The notes: generated from the letters alone by a model not told the origin. A stretch of 62,985 nt of DNA, filler included, from Rhabdomonas costata (GCA_019059605.1; 57 parts of 57 records of this genome joined end to end with filler, not necessarily neighbours in it), one strand, 5' to 3'; positions 36,601 through 49,980 are shown, counted from the whole stretch's first letter. Made by a program: numbers and translations.

Positions 36601-39600
36601 GAAGGTGTTCTTGCAAAGCCTGAAAGCAGGGTACAGGACTCAGAAAGCGAAGTGAACAACAGCGGTACAATTGCTCGATGGTTGCGATTGCTGGGTCCTC
36701 GCATAATCCGACTCGCTGCGTGCCCTTAATGTGAATGTTCTAACCGCAATGCTCCAATGCAGGAACAGAGACTCACGCCTTTACCATGCCGAGAGGTACA
36801 TGCTCTTTCAATTCAGTACTGCACCCCGTCCGCCCAACAGTCCTACCCTCCACCTGAGGATTATCTCAGGATTGACCCGGTCCAAGGGGAGATCAGGCAG
36901 CTCAACTGGTTTGGAAAATATATAAAAGTAGTAAATATACATGACAAATATCAAGAGTAATCCTGAAACGGTAAATAACTCTTCCAGTCTGGCTCCCCGC
37001 CCCCACAAGTCAATATTGGGACAACAACTGCGTAGATACCAAGGATAAATATCAAAATTGGCTTTCAGGGAATAGAGGGTGCGATATCGAAGCTATTTAA
37101 GAGTGTTACAAACACGATGGGCTAAGCCGAAGCAGGCCTGGGGGTCTAAACAGCAGGCCTCCCGAAACAAATTTCTGCAAAAATTCTTTTGTCAAATCTG
37201 CAATTTCTGAGCTCTTAATGGGATGGCCGGGATCCTTTTATATTGACTCTTCTCACCCAATGAAGCCGTCAACATTCACATAATTCCAGTTTTCAAAGAG
37301 ATTTTGGCGCATCTTGTACACCCAAAACTATCTCGTGTCAGGAGCAGTCAAAACTTCACTGTGTCCGGTGGAATCACAACAAAAATGAAGAACCAAGAAT
37401 AACCATCGTCACACTTGAGGATAAAGCAGGTAGGTGGGTCTGCATCCGGAAGATAAGGCTAAAACCAGCGGTTTCAATTCAGCACCAGGAGCAAAATCAG
37501 GACCTCTGGATTCAATTGAATTGTCCTCAACAGGCACCACANNNNNNNNNNNNNNNNNNNNNNNNNNNNNNNNNNNNNNNNNNNNTTAATTAATTAANNN
37601 NNNNNNNNNNNNNNNNNNNNNNNNNNNNNNNNNNNNNNNNNGGGTTGTGTGACGCGAGGAAAGTTTGGTTGCAGAATGTGCGGAAAGGATACGATCCAAG
37701 AAAAAAATAGAGTTGCAGATGCTTGCATGGTCTTCGCGTGTCGCCCACCAAGCAAACACCAGTCAAGCGGGTCGAGCGCAGAAACAGGCACCCAAGACCT
37801 CGAAATGTGCAAGGTAACCACCTGTTTGACAAACCTAGTGAGGGATGTGGCGACGAAACTCCTACTGGCGGGAGAAACTCTCACACAGCGGTGCTTTTGG
37901 AAGGAGCCAACACCATTAATTTAACAATTTACACGCTCAGCTCGGAAAATGTCGGTTTAAAAAGCGGGTAGGTGGATCGTATAAGGCAACCGATGCAAAG
38001 CGGACCGAAAGGTGAAAGAAAGATGCGCAATTCCACGCATCTCGCTAACATTCCGTCTCCCTCCCTCCCCCCTTTCCTGAACAAAGTCATGAACGGGCTC
38101 GGCGCCGTCAACTTCAGCCGCTCCCATGCCATAGGAGTCTCATCCACCGCTAGCCAGACCCTTTTCCAGCTTCCAACTTAGCCCTGTTGTTTGCGTTCCG
38201 GGCTGAGGGTGCCCTGTCAGACGGCACGGCGGGCTCGGACCAATTACGTGGCTGTTGCGCTCACTCAATCCGCTCCCTTCCGTGGTCCCTCCCGACAAAG
38301 CTTTCGCTTTGTGAGCGCTGTCGACTTACCTAGGTGAGGAGACAATCTTTCCCCCGGGTTGGCCTCGCTTTCGCCGCGGGCCGCAAGCCTATGGACTCTT
38401 TGTCGACGACCCCCGGTCGCTCCTCAAACTCCTCTGAAGGGGACTAAAACCACCTGCGCTCCGCAACTCGTATTAATACACCAAACACCAAACACCAAAC
38501 GCCGGCGGGCCAGTAGCAATTCCGATGTTCCTCAACCTCCACTAACTCCTTCCTATTTGGCTTCCGAAGGGAGCGGCGGCACAACTTTCAGGCTCAACTC
38601 TGAAGATCCTTCTGCTGCACAGTCGCACTCTCAGGCTAACTTCTCAAANNNNNNNNNNNNNNNNNNNNNNNNNNNNNNNNNNNNNNNNNNNNTTAATTAA
38701 TTAANNNNNNNNNNNNNNNNNNNNNNNNNNNNNNNNNNNNNNNNNNNNGTGTTGTGGGCACCCCACCCACCGCTGCTGCAGTGCCCGTTGAGCGTACGGC
38801 GCAATGACGGCCAGGAAGGGTGTGCGGACCCCCGGGTGCGAGCCCTACCCCGGGCACAGATTACTGTAGTTCCACGAGAAATTTCTTATTTCATTTCAGA
38901 AAACATCACCGCGTTTTTTCAGTTTTTTCTCCTTAAGCACGTTCATTGTGATGATATGCTAAGCTAGTAAAGTAAATATGGGCGAAGGGGAGATGCGGCA
39001 AATCATGATCAACGTGGAAAAGTAGTAACTTTTTCGGAAATTATGGCAACGGAAATGCACATAGGACATACCAAAAAGCTGAAGTGATAACACGTCAAAT
39101 GGTAAATAACGGGTTAACAGCCGGCAAACACACAATTGCTCAACGCAACGTGAAATACTGAAAGCGCTCACAAGGGCAAAGCGATGGGCACACTTTGAAT
39201 TGGTGTGAATATCAAACTGAAACCCACCGAACATACTGGAGGACGATTAGAGACCAACGATGCAACCAACCCATGAGTTTCAATATTCGACTTTCTGTTC
39301 CTTTGATTGGTGTCTTAATTCCTTTCATTGATGCGAGAGCGCAACCACGACCACCAGACCCAATGCACACGGCTTGGAGCACGCATCACTGTGAATGCTA
39401 GGAGAGGGATAAATCAAGATGAAGCATACAGGGCCTCGGACATTGCGAATGCCACCTTTTTCCCAAGTTCGAGCCCGAAAAATCCCGTCTGGCACATCAT
39501 TAAGACCCCGTTCCAAGCCGGGTCGGGCTCCGGTCCCACAAGGTGCCCACAAGGACGAAGTATGTGACGATTTGGGACGAAGCATGCGCGAAGTGTGTGG

Positions 39601-42525
39601 TCCTTATCCAGCCTGGAGAAAACTACCGGAGGCCAGGTGGATGCTTATGGAAGGCCCCCCACAAATCACCGAAAACGAAAATGGATGCATACACACAGAC
39701 CCCGCAGATACTCACTGCAAGCCAAAGCTCTCTGACAGAGCTTGTCACACCCCACNNNNNNNNNNNNNNNNNNNNNNNNNNNNNNNNNNNNNNNNNNNNT
39801 TAATTAATTAANNNNNNNNNNNNNNNNNNNNNNNNNNNNNNNNNNNNNNNNNNNNTCGTCTCGACCTCGGCCTCTGCCTCGACTGCCGCCTCGCCCTCGC
39901 CCTCGTCCAGAATGGCTCTGCTCGGACTTGCTGCCACGCTTGGTGTAGCGGAACTGGTCTCTGAACCTGCGGGAGTGACGCCGGCGCTTCTTGGGCTCTT
40001 CAACTTTGGTCTGAGGGGAAAACGAAATGGACAAAACTTTGGTGATTGAAAATAAATCGGAAGACCCAGACTCCGATGAAAATCGGAACACGTGTGTACC
40101 AGGCAAACTATTGATGGTTTGTGATTGTCTTTTTTGTCTTGGGGATAATTCTTTGCAAATACCTGCGGCATCAGCAGAAACCCGAAAACTGAGCTATGCA
40201 ATACTTGTAATTGGCGTTGGGGCACGTAAGCATACTTGAACCTCACCGCAGTCTTTTTGTCTGTAACTTTGCAACTAACTTGCTTTCCACCCCCCAGGCA
40301 GGATCAATCAGAGTTATCGTAAGAGAGGGTTTCAACCATGGCAGGTTTATGAGGAGGGTTTCCAGCCAATTTCGTTACACCAAAACGGAGGTGTGTCGAG
40401 TCTGGTCTGGAAAAACCACATCTTCCAATGTTTTTTCCGCTTCACTCTGCAGATCAGAAAACATCAGGACCTGGATTAGATTCAGGCTCAGGCTAGGCTT
40501 TCTTTATTTCTTTAAACGTTCTTAAATCTAGACGTTATTTTGCATTAATTTTTTTGCATCCTAAAATCTTTTACAACGAATTCTTTTTATATTTTTTGAA
40601 CATGATTTTTTACAATAAGAAGGCTGATCCTGAAAGCAACCTCACACAGACCTCGCTGAGCTCTGCCTCCTTCGCAGGGCCCTCTGAGTCCCCCGGGGTC
40701 AGTGTGCACAGCTGCCCCAGAATCCGCACCCGGCCCAGCTTCAGCAGCCTGGCTCCCACCTCGCCGTCCTCCGCCGCGGCCACCGCGGCGGCCCCCATGG
40801 AACCTGGCCGCAGCACTACCGTGTGCACCCCTAGACCCAACCCCCCACACACACCCACCACNNNNNNNNNNNNNNNNNNNNNNNNNNNNNNNNNNNNNNN
40901 NNNNNTTAATTAATTAANNNNNNNNNNNNNNNNNNNNNNNNNNNNNNNNNNNNNNNNNNNNTGTTGTTTTTTTTGGGGGGAGCACAATTCAGGGAGCGAA
41001 GGGCGAAGGAGCTTTATATTGGCATGTGTTTGTAGGTGCGTTCGTACATGTTATGAGGCTGAGCCATCTGAATTGGGGGTCAGCACTCAACTTCGGACGT
41101 TAACGTGAAGGGAAATGGAAACTTTGGCTTGACCATCGAGCAATAATGGAATTCGGGCCCATGCAGTGCCACAGCTCCAACATTGCAACGATGCCAGTCA
41201 CCATCATTCTTCTGAGAGGAAAAGGGAGAAATCGGCAAACAAGGACACGATTGATGACCCGAACTAGGGATTTCCTTAACATCCTCGCTATGCACACCAT
41301 GATAATCAATTGTCGTATTACTGAGAGGTCGGTCACTCCTCCTTGCCGCCGAGGACTGAGGCGTCTTCGCTTGCCTTCGTGCCCTATGCGCACCCTGCAT
41401 CCCCACCTCCCACCCGCACTTCCAGACTCTTCTCTTCTTCTTCTTTGGTGTTTGTTCTCTGCAGTTAAGGTAAAATGGCACAGTTTCCATCTGCAAACGC
41501 AAACAACACAACAATTCACAGCAATATCGTCTGAAACCGATCCGGCCCAACTCAGGTGCTGCAAACTCGCGGGGTTTCCTATTACGTATGCCGAAAGCTC
41601 GGACTCAGTGTGCAGGGTTGAAAAGATCCAGAAAGTACTCCCCGAGAAAAGACCCAAATCAATCAAAAATGCATAACGAAATTAGAGTTGAAGCGTCCCC
41701 AACGGGCGGTGCGGGGTGTCTGATGTGCACCCGGTGGTGTTCTCGCTGACGTGAGCTGGATTTGTCTCTCCACCCAACCGTCCCAAAGGTTGGATCCGCA
41801 CTGCGCGGTGCGGGTGGTGAGCTCTTTTCGCTTTTTGTTTCGATGGCGTATCTTGATGAGGGGTGGGGGCATTATCTTTCGCATCTGTCGTTCTGGTGTG
41901 CAGCTGGCCGCCCCCGCCAAGAAGTGAGGGCCGTCCTCCTCATACACGTTGATGCAAGCCGCTATATANNNNNNNNNNNNNNNNNNNNNNNNNNNNNNNN
42001 NNNNNNNNNNNNTTAATTAATTAANNNNNNNNNNNNNNNNNNNNNNNNNNNNNNNNNNNNNNNNNNNNTTGTTGGTGTTCCTGTAGTAGGTAAACGTCTC
42101 CCTCCAGCGTCGATTCCCTTGCTGCAGTTTTCCACTCCTGTATTCCGACCACTTTGCTCGCCCCCCCTCCCTTTCCCACCTGTCCTGCTTCCTCACTCTT
42201 CTCCATCTTGTGTTTGCCCAAGATCCCACAGTCACCCATCTTGGCCCATTGTACATTTTGCTTGCCTTGATTGTACAAAAATCGCCAGTTTTCAGGGTTT
42301 TGTGGTTCCCGCTCTTTTTTCCGCTGTTTCCCGCATTGCTTAGCTGAACAAACATCTGGACATGGTTGCGGATGTGGTGCAATACGTAATTGATCCCGCA
42401 TACGGAGGAATGCAAAAAATGCTGCGTAAAAAAACCAACGACCCTCAAGGCAAGCCACACACACAAGGAGCCTAACATAGTGGAATCTTAAGGAAGGGGC
42501 GAGACCCCCCCCCACACACACAGAC

Positions 42526-42703
42526 CTGATCCAGGATCCCCACGACCAGAGGGGGCAGAGTGGTGTAGATGATGTTAAACAGCATAAGTCCAACTTGGTC
42601 AATGGGGGTCGTCATAGAAAACCCACAGTAAAACTGGTACAAGAACAGCACCATCACAAACAGGAAGTTCTTGTACATCGTGTAGATCGCCACCCGAGCA
42701 ATC
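42526..42703 (-). CDS. P4-type ATPase (phospholipid flippase), TM5-TM6 exon
   Basis: IYTMYKNFLF...YQFYCGFS...LFNIIYTTLPPLVVGILDQ is the P4-ATPase signature (YKN, GFS, FN..T.LPP...G..DQ). Confidence 0.93.
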
Positions 42704-44617
42704 CTATTGAATAGGAAGCACCACCCTCCCATAAAACCATACAGGGGAAACGAGGAGGGAGAAGGAGGGATGCAGTTCAATGGCTGTAGCTTCTGCGCTG
42801 ACTCTCATCCCCAATCGCTGCCCAATTCTGTGCGAGTGGTTGCCAAACCCATCTTTCTTTTTTTCGAGTATTTCCCTCTGACAATGCCAGCACACTCTAT
42901 TCGACGAAAAGTAGTAACTGAGGTGAATCAAAAAACCTATTGGCGGGGGCCTTTTGCCATTTCAAACAAATTGGCTTGCGGTAAGACAAAGATCACAATT
43001 ACTACGCGCGTTCGAAGCGTTGGCTGGAGGTGGGAGGGGCTAGTTTTTAAGTTTTTAAAACAGTGGACCAAACNNNNNNNNNNNNNNNNNNNNNNNNNNN
43101 NNNNNNNNNNNNNNNNNTTAATTAATTAANNNNNNNNNNNNNNNNNNNNNNNNNNNNNNNNNNNNNNNNNNNNCACAACGTAGCATTCCGGCCCGGGAGC
43201 CGCTCCTTCTCCGGCCACCGTCACCGCAGATATCCCACTTACGACTCTTGACGGTGTACTCACAGCTCGACACGTCTTTTCAAAGTGCATGTGCTGTCGT
43301 AAGGGAATCATGTCAGGAACATGTCCTCGCGCTCCCAGCTGTTTGGCCGTGCCATTTATGACCCGTCTTGGAGTTTCAAAGGCAACAATTCGTTCTGGAC
43401 TGGTACTTATTTCCAATATTCATTTTCGGATTATGTCCAGGCAGCTGGCTGTCTCGTTCGCGTTCTTCCGCCCATGCGACCATTCGATGGTTACGGCCTG
43501 GATGGATGGCCGTTGCTTTTATTTGATGTACTCGAATGGATTGCACTTGTGCGACGGCATGGATATCGAGGACGTCATCAAGTTCTTTTCGCCGGAGGAA
43601 AGTAGGTACTGGGCGCAGGCCTTTGCCTTCAGGGTTTACACCGCACTAGTACTTTTTGTACCAGAAGATTGATCCCATATGGACGGAGGATCTCACACCG
43701 GCGAATGTTTATTGGGCGCTCGAACGCGTGATGGCTGGTCCGCTGACGAATTCTCGCAGTAAAGTGTTTCTTCCATGCTCTGATGCTGCGATGGGCGGTG
43801 CAAGGTCGAACCTCGACCCTTCCGTCACCAGGGTGAACGTGAATGTGCAATTTGCCCGCTGTATTCTATCATCGATTTTTGTCATGGTGCCTGAGACATT
43901 CAGGACATTAAACAATTCGATTCCGACATATAGCAACGCAGAATCAGCAGGGAGAAAAGCACCTTCTTCTACTCCCCGCCTGTGGCCTGTCCGCGTGGGA
44001 TTGTTTTCTGGACTTTGAGCTTTCCTCTTTTGAAGCTCTTCTCCCGAAGGGTTTACAAAATACCACAGCGGAGAGGATAGCAGTTCCATACAACGGGCTC
44101 ATGGCGCGGGATGACGGCAAATATACTGCCATTGAATTGATGACGGCACTGACGACCGAACCAGATGAAGGCAAGATTCGNNNNNNNNNNNNNNNNNNNN
44201 NNNNNNNNNNNNNNNNNNNNNNNNTTAATTAATTAANNNNNNNNNNNNNNNNNNNNNNNNNNNNNNNNNNNNNNNNNNNNTGTGGGGTGGGGGCTTAAAG
44301 TTAAACGTTTTGGGTTCTGCCCCGCAAATAGCACAGAATGTAGGGCCGGACCAGACGGTCGAGATATGCAGGGAGGGTAGGGGTTGCGTGCGCCGCAGCC
44401 GTCAGTCCACGTTTAACATTGTTAAAGCCTCAAAGGAGAACCTCGCCACTTTTTCTATATGACCTGGAACGAGTCATCTCAAAAATGTCATATACAATTC
44501 AAAAAGGCTCCACACACAAGTGTGGCAGTCATTTAAAGCATCAGGCTGACATTCGCTTTCAGAATTCTGAGCATTCAAGATAAAGTACGGCGAAACAGTA
44601 CCGCGTCCATCACGCAC

Positions 44618-44757
44618 TGAGGGAGGTAATTCATCATTTTGATCATCAGCACCCCAGCCATGGGCTCAAATCCGTTCTTGAGGTCCTCCATCCGGTCATG
44701 CATAAACCTCACTCGGTCCATGGCGCGCTCCAGGTGGACGGGCAGAGGGGCGAAGAC
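44618..44757 (-). CDS. WS/DGAT-like, C-terminal half exon
   Basis: VFAPLPVHLERAMDRVRFMHDRMEDLKNGFEPMAGVLMIKMMNYLP fits the LPV....P..R...h...M..LK...EP pattern; bounded by tag| and |gtgcgt. Not listed in the ORF track. Confidence 0.65.
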
Positions 44758-46522
44758 CTACGCAAAGGGGCACCGCAATCTGGACGCCAGGACAAAAGCC
44801 TTTTCAGTGGAGCGATGGAAAATATATCCCTGCAATAAAATTCCACCGTATCGCGTTGCGCACAAATACTGTAAACACCCCTTAGACGAAGGAAGGAGGC
44901 GCGTCTTCAGACGCTAGTCCGACGTCCAGAAATGTGAGCAAAACGGCATTGGGAACGCTTCTGAAGATGCCTGCAATTGCTGAGCTGCATCGCCCAAAAA
45001 TTGCAATTTAGCTGAGAGCTGTATCGTTTTGAAGAGGTGGCGAAGGATGGTGAATGAATGGTATGGCATCCAGAAATCGATCCTTCCCATGGCTCCATGT
45101 CCTGCACTGCATACCTGAAATGTAGCAAGAATGGGATCCAAAGATGCTGCGCACAGGTTGAGGTCGCAAACTAGCAACGCAATGACCCACATGCAAGCAC
45201 AATACAGCCAAATACCAGAGTGAAGCGGTTCTCCGCTCGGACTTCCTCCTTCGGGGACCGGATGTTCACAGGCACGGCGCACCCCANNNNNNNNNNNNNN
45301 NNNNNNNNNNNNNNNNNNNNNNNNNNNNNNTTAATTAATTAANNNNNNNNNNNNNNNNNNNNNNNNNNNNNNNNNNNNNNNNNNNNCTGATTCCATTCTG
45401 ATTCCATTCTAGCTGCAATCACGTGACTTGCTTGGGATCAAGGGACGGGTATATCAAAGTAAGGCTACAAAGAAAGACGTGCACAAAAAACATACAAAAC
45501 TCAAAATCGAGACACAAAAAAGAACAACACCTGAGGTTCTTTCGTGGAGACGTGGCCGCAATCACCGGTCTTCATTTGGTCCTGCAGTGACACGATCACC
45601 GAAGACGTCTCTTATCGGGCACCGTGGTGCCTTCCTGGCGGCGAGAGGGTAATCCGGGAGCCAAAGCGAGCCCGGAACTGCTGGAACAGCCCGGATCCCT
45701 TGCGGGCCCTAGCAGAGGTGAGCTTGTTGGTCTCTATGACGTCCACAAAGCCCGCTCCTTGGAAGGAAAGATTTCGCAAAAATAAATTCTGAAATCATTC
45801 CTCACGCAGCACTTGTCGACGCCCGTCCATTTCTGTTAAATCAGCGCGTGAGTTCGAAAGTGCTTCCACGTTCTCTTGACTGTTGCTCTCAAGGGGATCG
45901 ACTCACCCCTTCCCGGATTGTCAGAGCTCTTTGAGAGACCTCGAAGGCGGACGTCGAAGGCGACTACAGTCTGAGAGGGGTAACATTATTAAGCACAACG
46001 ACCATTTTCGTATATTGATTTAGAACGTGTTACAACATTGCGATGCTGTACCGTGATATAAACAAGCGGGTGAGTTGGAGGTCTCCGGTATATTTCTGTT
46101 GTCCTGTAACTGATGGTGATTCACGCACTGATAGCATTTTGGCACGGGATCATATGCATCCAACCTGAAAAGATACTTTGCAACAGGTTAACGGGCAACA
46201 CAGCTTTTTAAAAAGTTTACTCCAGGCGCTGCGCTCCCCTAGGAGCTTGTAGCACCCTGGTTTATATCCTGGCAACCGCAGGCGTCTAAAAACGTTACTA
46301 AAATCCTATATTTTTTTAATTTAAAAAAGTTAATAAAAAAGTGACCCGTTCATGTCGCTAAACATAATAATCGCTCGGGAATCCCCAACCCCCNNNNNNN
46401 NNNNNNNNNNNNNNNNNNNNNNNNNNNNNNNNNNNNNTTAATTAATTAANNNNNNNNNNNNNNNNNNNNNNNNNNNNNNNNNNNNNNNNNNNNTTGTGGT
46501 GGGGGTTTTGACAATCGCACAG

Positions 46523-47490
46523 TGCTGCGCTATGCTGCGGAGATGACCGCAAAGGGGATGGTGTTGTCTTCGGAGGTGTATGCCGCACTACTGACGGTGC
46601 AGTGCTCCCGGGGGAACAATGACGAGGTCAAGCGGCTCACGGATGAGATGCTGAGCAAAGGTTCCCCCCTCACCTTTCCGTTCCCCAAAGACAGAATTCC
46701 CTTTTCGTGTTTCTCGGTGCCCCTCCTCGGTATTCTTTCCTTCTCCCTGTTACTCGCCCTCATTCTTAGGTTGCCAGATGGATGCCTCTGTGTACGGCGC
46801 TATGATCCGAGCCCATGGCAGGAAGGGCAGGGCAGAGGAGATCGACCGATGTTGCCGTGAGATGGAAGGCAGGTTCTCGCGTTGTTGGCCTTTCCCCCGC
46901 ACTTATTTCTAAAGTGTGCACTGCACACCGCCCTACCGTGTGCAGAACAGACAGTCACTGGAATCACAAACTCTAGTGGTCAACTGTAGGCGCTCAGCAG
47001 GGCACCATAATTGCAAAGGTAGAAGACATTATTCGAAAGAGAAATTCTATGTGTTCGTGTGAATTGTCCAATGCTCCAAGTACTCCATGGGTCGTAGGCT
47101 CCGAGGGAGACACCACTCTCTGTGAGGCAGCGACGCGTAGAGGAGACAGAGAAAGGGGTGAACCCCGATGAGCCCATGCTCCATCGAGGGTGGGGAAAGA
47201 ATATGGAAGAGAAACGCGAGTCTCCCCCACCCTGGTCAAGTTCACAAGTTGGCTGATATGAGACAGAAAAGGAAAAGTCGGCAATGAGAGGACCAGGGTA
47301 GCAGTTGGTGGGCTGGAATGGTCTGCACACAGGGGAGTCGCCGCGGATGTGGACTTCATGGTGACGCTTGTCGAGGCGTACTCCCAAACCACCACCCCCG
47401 GCTACCTCCGAGACCTATACTACCGCCTAGCGCCACCTTCGCCACCACCGCGGCAGCAGGGACAGCCCCGCGCAGCGGACTCCTCCTCCA
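46523..47490 (+). CDS. Pentatricopeptide-repeat (PPR) protein; exons 46523-46660, 46770-46872, 47333-contig end
   Basis: VYAALLTVQCSRGNNDEVKRLTDEMLSKG|CQMDASVYGAMIRAHGRKGRAEEIDRCCREMEGR|GVAADVDFMVTLVEAYS has a 35-aa PPR register; both junctions are in phase. Confidence 0.88.
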
Positions 47491-47600
47491 CCAAACAAAN
47501 NNNNNNNNNNNNNNNNNNNNNNNNNNNNNNNNNNNNNNNNNNNTTAATTAATTAANNNNNNNNNNNNNNNNNNNNNNNNNNNNNNNNNNNNNNNNNNNNA

Positions 47601-47811
47601 CCGTTGCCGTGTTTTCGTTTCCTTTGCATTCCTTGTTTTATGGTTAATTACATTCCTGGAGCCGAGCCGTTTGGTTTCATTTCATATCACGCGATACACT
47701 CTGTCTGGACTAAGGTTCTGTGCAACTTTAACACAACTTTACCCGTTGCCGTGTTTTCTTTTCCTTTGCATTCCTTGTTTTATGGTTAATTACATTCCTG
47801 GAGCCGAGCCG
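47601..47811. repeat. 69-bp direct repeat with period 142 and one mismatch
   Basis: 47601-47669 versus 47743-47811. Confidence 0.85.
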
Positions 47812-48022
47812 AGCATTGTTTCGGCAATTTCTCGACTTGTTGCTTGTTATGTTTTTATTTTCCGCTCTTCTTTCAACCCAAAGTCCATGTGTCTGCTTCA
47901 CCCAATGGATCAGCGGGTGTGATTTCAGCTGCGAAATAGTCACATCCCATATATGCCATGCGATTATTCGGAAGTGTCCCAGCGCAGATCGCTCGCGAAC
48001 CGCTATTTTCTTGCTGCCTCAG

Positions 48023-48157
48023 GTCGTTACGCGGTGGTTGCTTGACCGCGACTCCTCCCTGCCCACCACCGGTGAGTTCGTGCTCAGCCCAAGCACATTG
48101 GCTGCCCTGGCCGCCGTGGCGTCTCCTTCACATGATCCCGCACCGTTGAGCCCTTGA
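48023..48157 (+). CDS. Probable terminal exon of an unidentified protein
   Basis: Pyrimidine-CAG acceptor, then VVTRWLLDRDSSLPTTGEFVLSP...*. Confidence 0.4.
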   Translation, partial: VVTRWLLDRDSSLPTTGEFVLSPSTLAALAAVASPSHDPAPLSP

Positions 48158-49172
48158 GAGCCGTTGAGCTGGCCCTCCATTCCTGCCTCATCCTGCTCCA
48201 GTGGGGCAACTTTTCCTCGTTTTTTCCACAGAGTCCACCGTGCTCTGCATATCACTGAGCTTACACCACCGCTGCGTGATGCGAGCGGGTTGTAAAATGT
48301 TGCTGTACGTTTACGAGCAGCTGTTTCCAATTTGCTCTGCACCGCGTTTCTCAGATTGTTTGAGTATCAGTTGATACAAGGAACCTTTATATCAAACCAA
48401 AGCAGGATTCGATTCATTAAAGAAAGTCTCCTGAGAAAACTACAACCGTGCAACGCCCTTCCCACTCCCCAAGAAAAAGCACAGAAATGAAAACGTGAAC
48501 AGCAACCTTCCCAAGCTTCACGTTGTGGAAGATGACTATTTGATTTCAAAAGAAGACACTGTAAAGGCAGGGCATTCAAGCAATGAAGCAAGTTTTCCCA
48601 ACAACANNNNNNNNNNNNNNNNNNNNNNNNNNNNNNNNNNNNNNNNNNNNTTAATTAATTAANNNNNNNNNNNNNNNNNNNNNNNNNNNNNNNNNNNNNN
48701 NNNNNNTACACGGGGCATTGCATCTTAGGCATTCTACCCTGAAACTTAGCACGCACTCACACCCATACACGGCCGGAAGCCCCGTCCCTGTGTGCCTCCC
48801 ACCGAAGCGTCATACACCAAGAACTCCCAAACACATAAATCACATGAGAACCATACCCCCCCCCTCCCCCGGTCTCTCCTCTGGAAACAAAGCCAAAAGC
48901 CAAAGCCGGTGCAAAAGCCACAACGGACCCTCCGAGTGGGCAGGCGATGTGCTTTTTCGATGGTCCACCAGAATTTAAGGGGAAACAGCAAAAGAATTCT
49001 TACTGTTGCTATCCACAACCCCCACAGATGAAACCACAAATAAGCCGGAAACGCGATGCTCAAGGAAGGCTGGCGGGTCCCAAGAGATAACTTATACCAT
49101 ATTTGGAACAACAAAAAAGGGTGCAAGAACCAGCCCCCGCCCCTCTTGTCCCTCTTGCTCTAGAAAAAGGAC

Positions 49173-49694
49173 CTCTGGCTTGTCATCGATATCGACACTG
49201 AGGTCAAACGACTTCGCCGTCATGCGTAGCGAAGACACACTGATGAACCCCTGAGGTAGGGACATCCACCGGCACTTGCAGCACATGGTCATCAGCAATG
49301 CGTGATCGGTGCTATCTAGCTATTTTCACAGGTGCGAGGACTGCCTTGGATGATGGCAAAGCCACCAAGAAGCCGAACAACTCATTCCGGTTGTCATCAA
49401 CTGTCTCTGGTAGATCCACTTCTTGCCGTCACTCAGGTCACTCAGCGGTTGGAGCAGCACTGGCATGCTGCAGGCATTATGAGCAAGGCAACCGCTATAA
49501 ACCTCAACCGAAATATCCAACGTCCGGCGCACATGTCTACCAATACGCAAATCCACACCACGCCACGCACATTCCACGCACACCGACTTATCGGAGTTCC
49601 CTCCCAGCGCAGCGAACGCGAAGCACGCGTCGTTGTTCTCCGTACTGAGCTGCCGCCGCTTCAGCACGGACATGATGTACATGAACTGGAACAT
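49173..49694 (-). CDS. EF-hand protein of the outer-dynein-arm docking complex DC3 type; exons 49584-49694 and 49173-49250
   Basis: Spliced AFAALGGNSDKS|GFISVSSLRMTAKSFDLSVDID fits the ODA-DC3 motif AF.ALGGN.D..G.h....LR.....F.L.hDh. Confidence 0.7.
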
Positions 49695-49980
49695 CTGAAG
49701 CACAAACCCCCCNNNNNNNNNNNNNNNNNNNNNNNNNNNNNNNNNNNNNNNNNNNNTTAATTAATTAANNNNNNNNNNNNNNNNNNNNNNNNNNNNNNNN
49801 NNNNNNNNNNNNGGGTTTGGGTTAGAGCCGAAAGCTAAAAGGGCCCCCAAAGTTTCCGGAACGGGTGGCTGACGCGGAAAAGATAAACGCTCGCCGCCGC
49901 TTATGCACTTCAAGAGAAGGTACCCCTTTGCTGCGCATGAGGCATAGGCCTGTGAACGAGAATCTAGCTCCACTGGATAC

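Noticed and set aside
39940..40390. QFRYTK peptide on opposite strands as an inverted gene duplicate
   Set aside because: Only 6 aa. The - strand exon reads better in another frame (EGEGEAAVEAEAEVET), and there is no extended nucleotide similarity.
15539..44757. ACC, PCCB and WS/DGAT as a physical lipid gene cluster
   Set aside because: They lie on separate contigs ordered by length; there is no linkage evidence.
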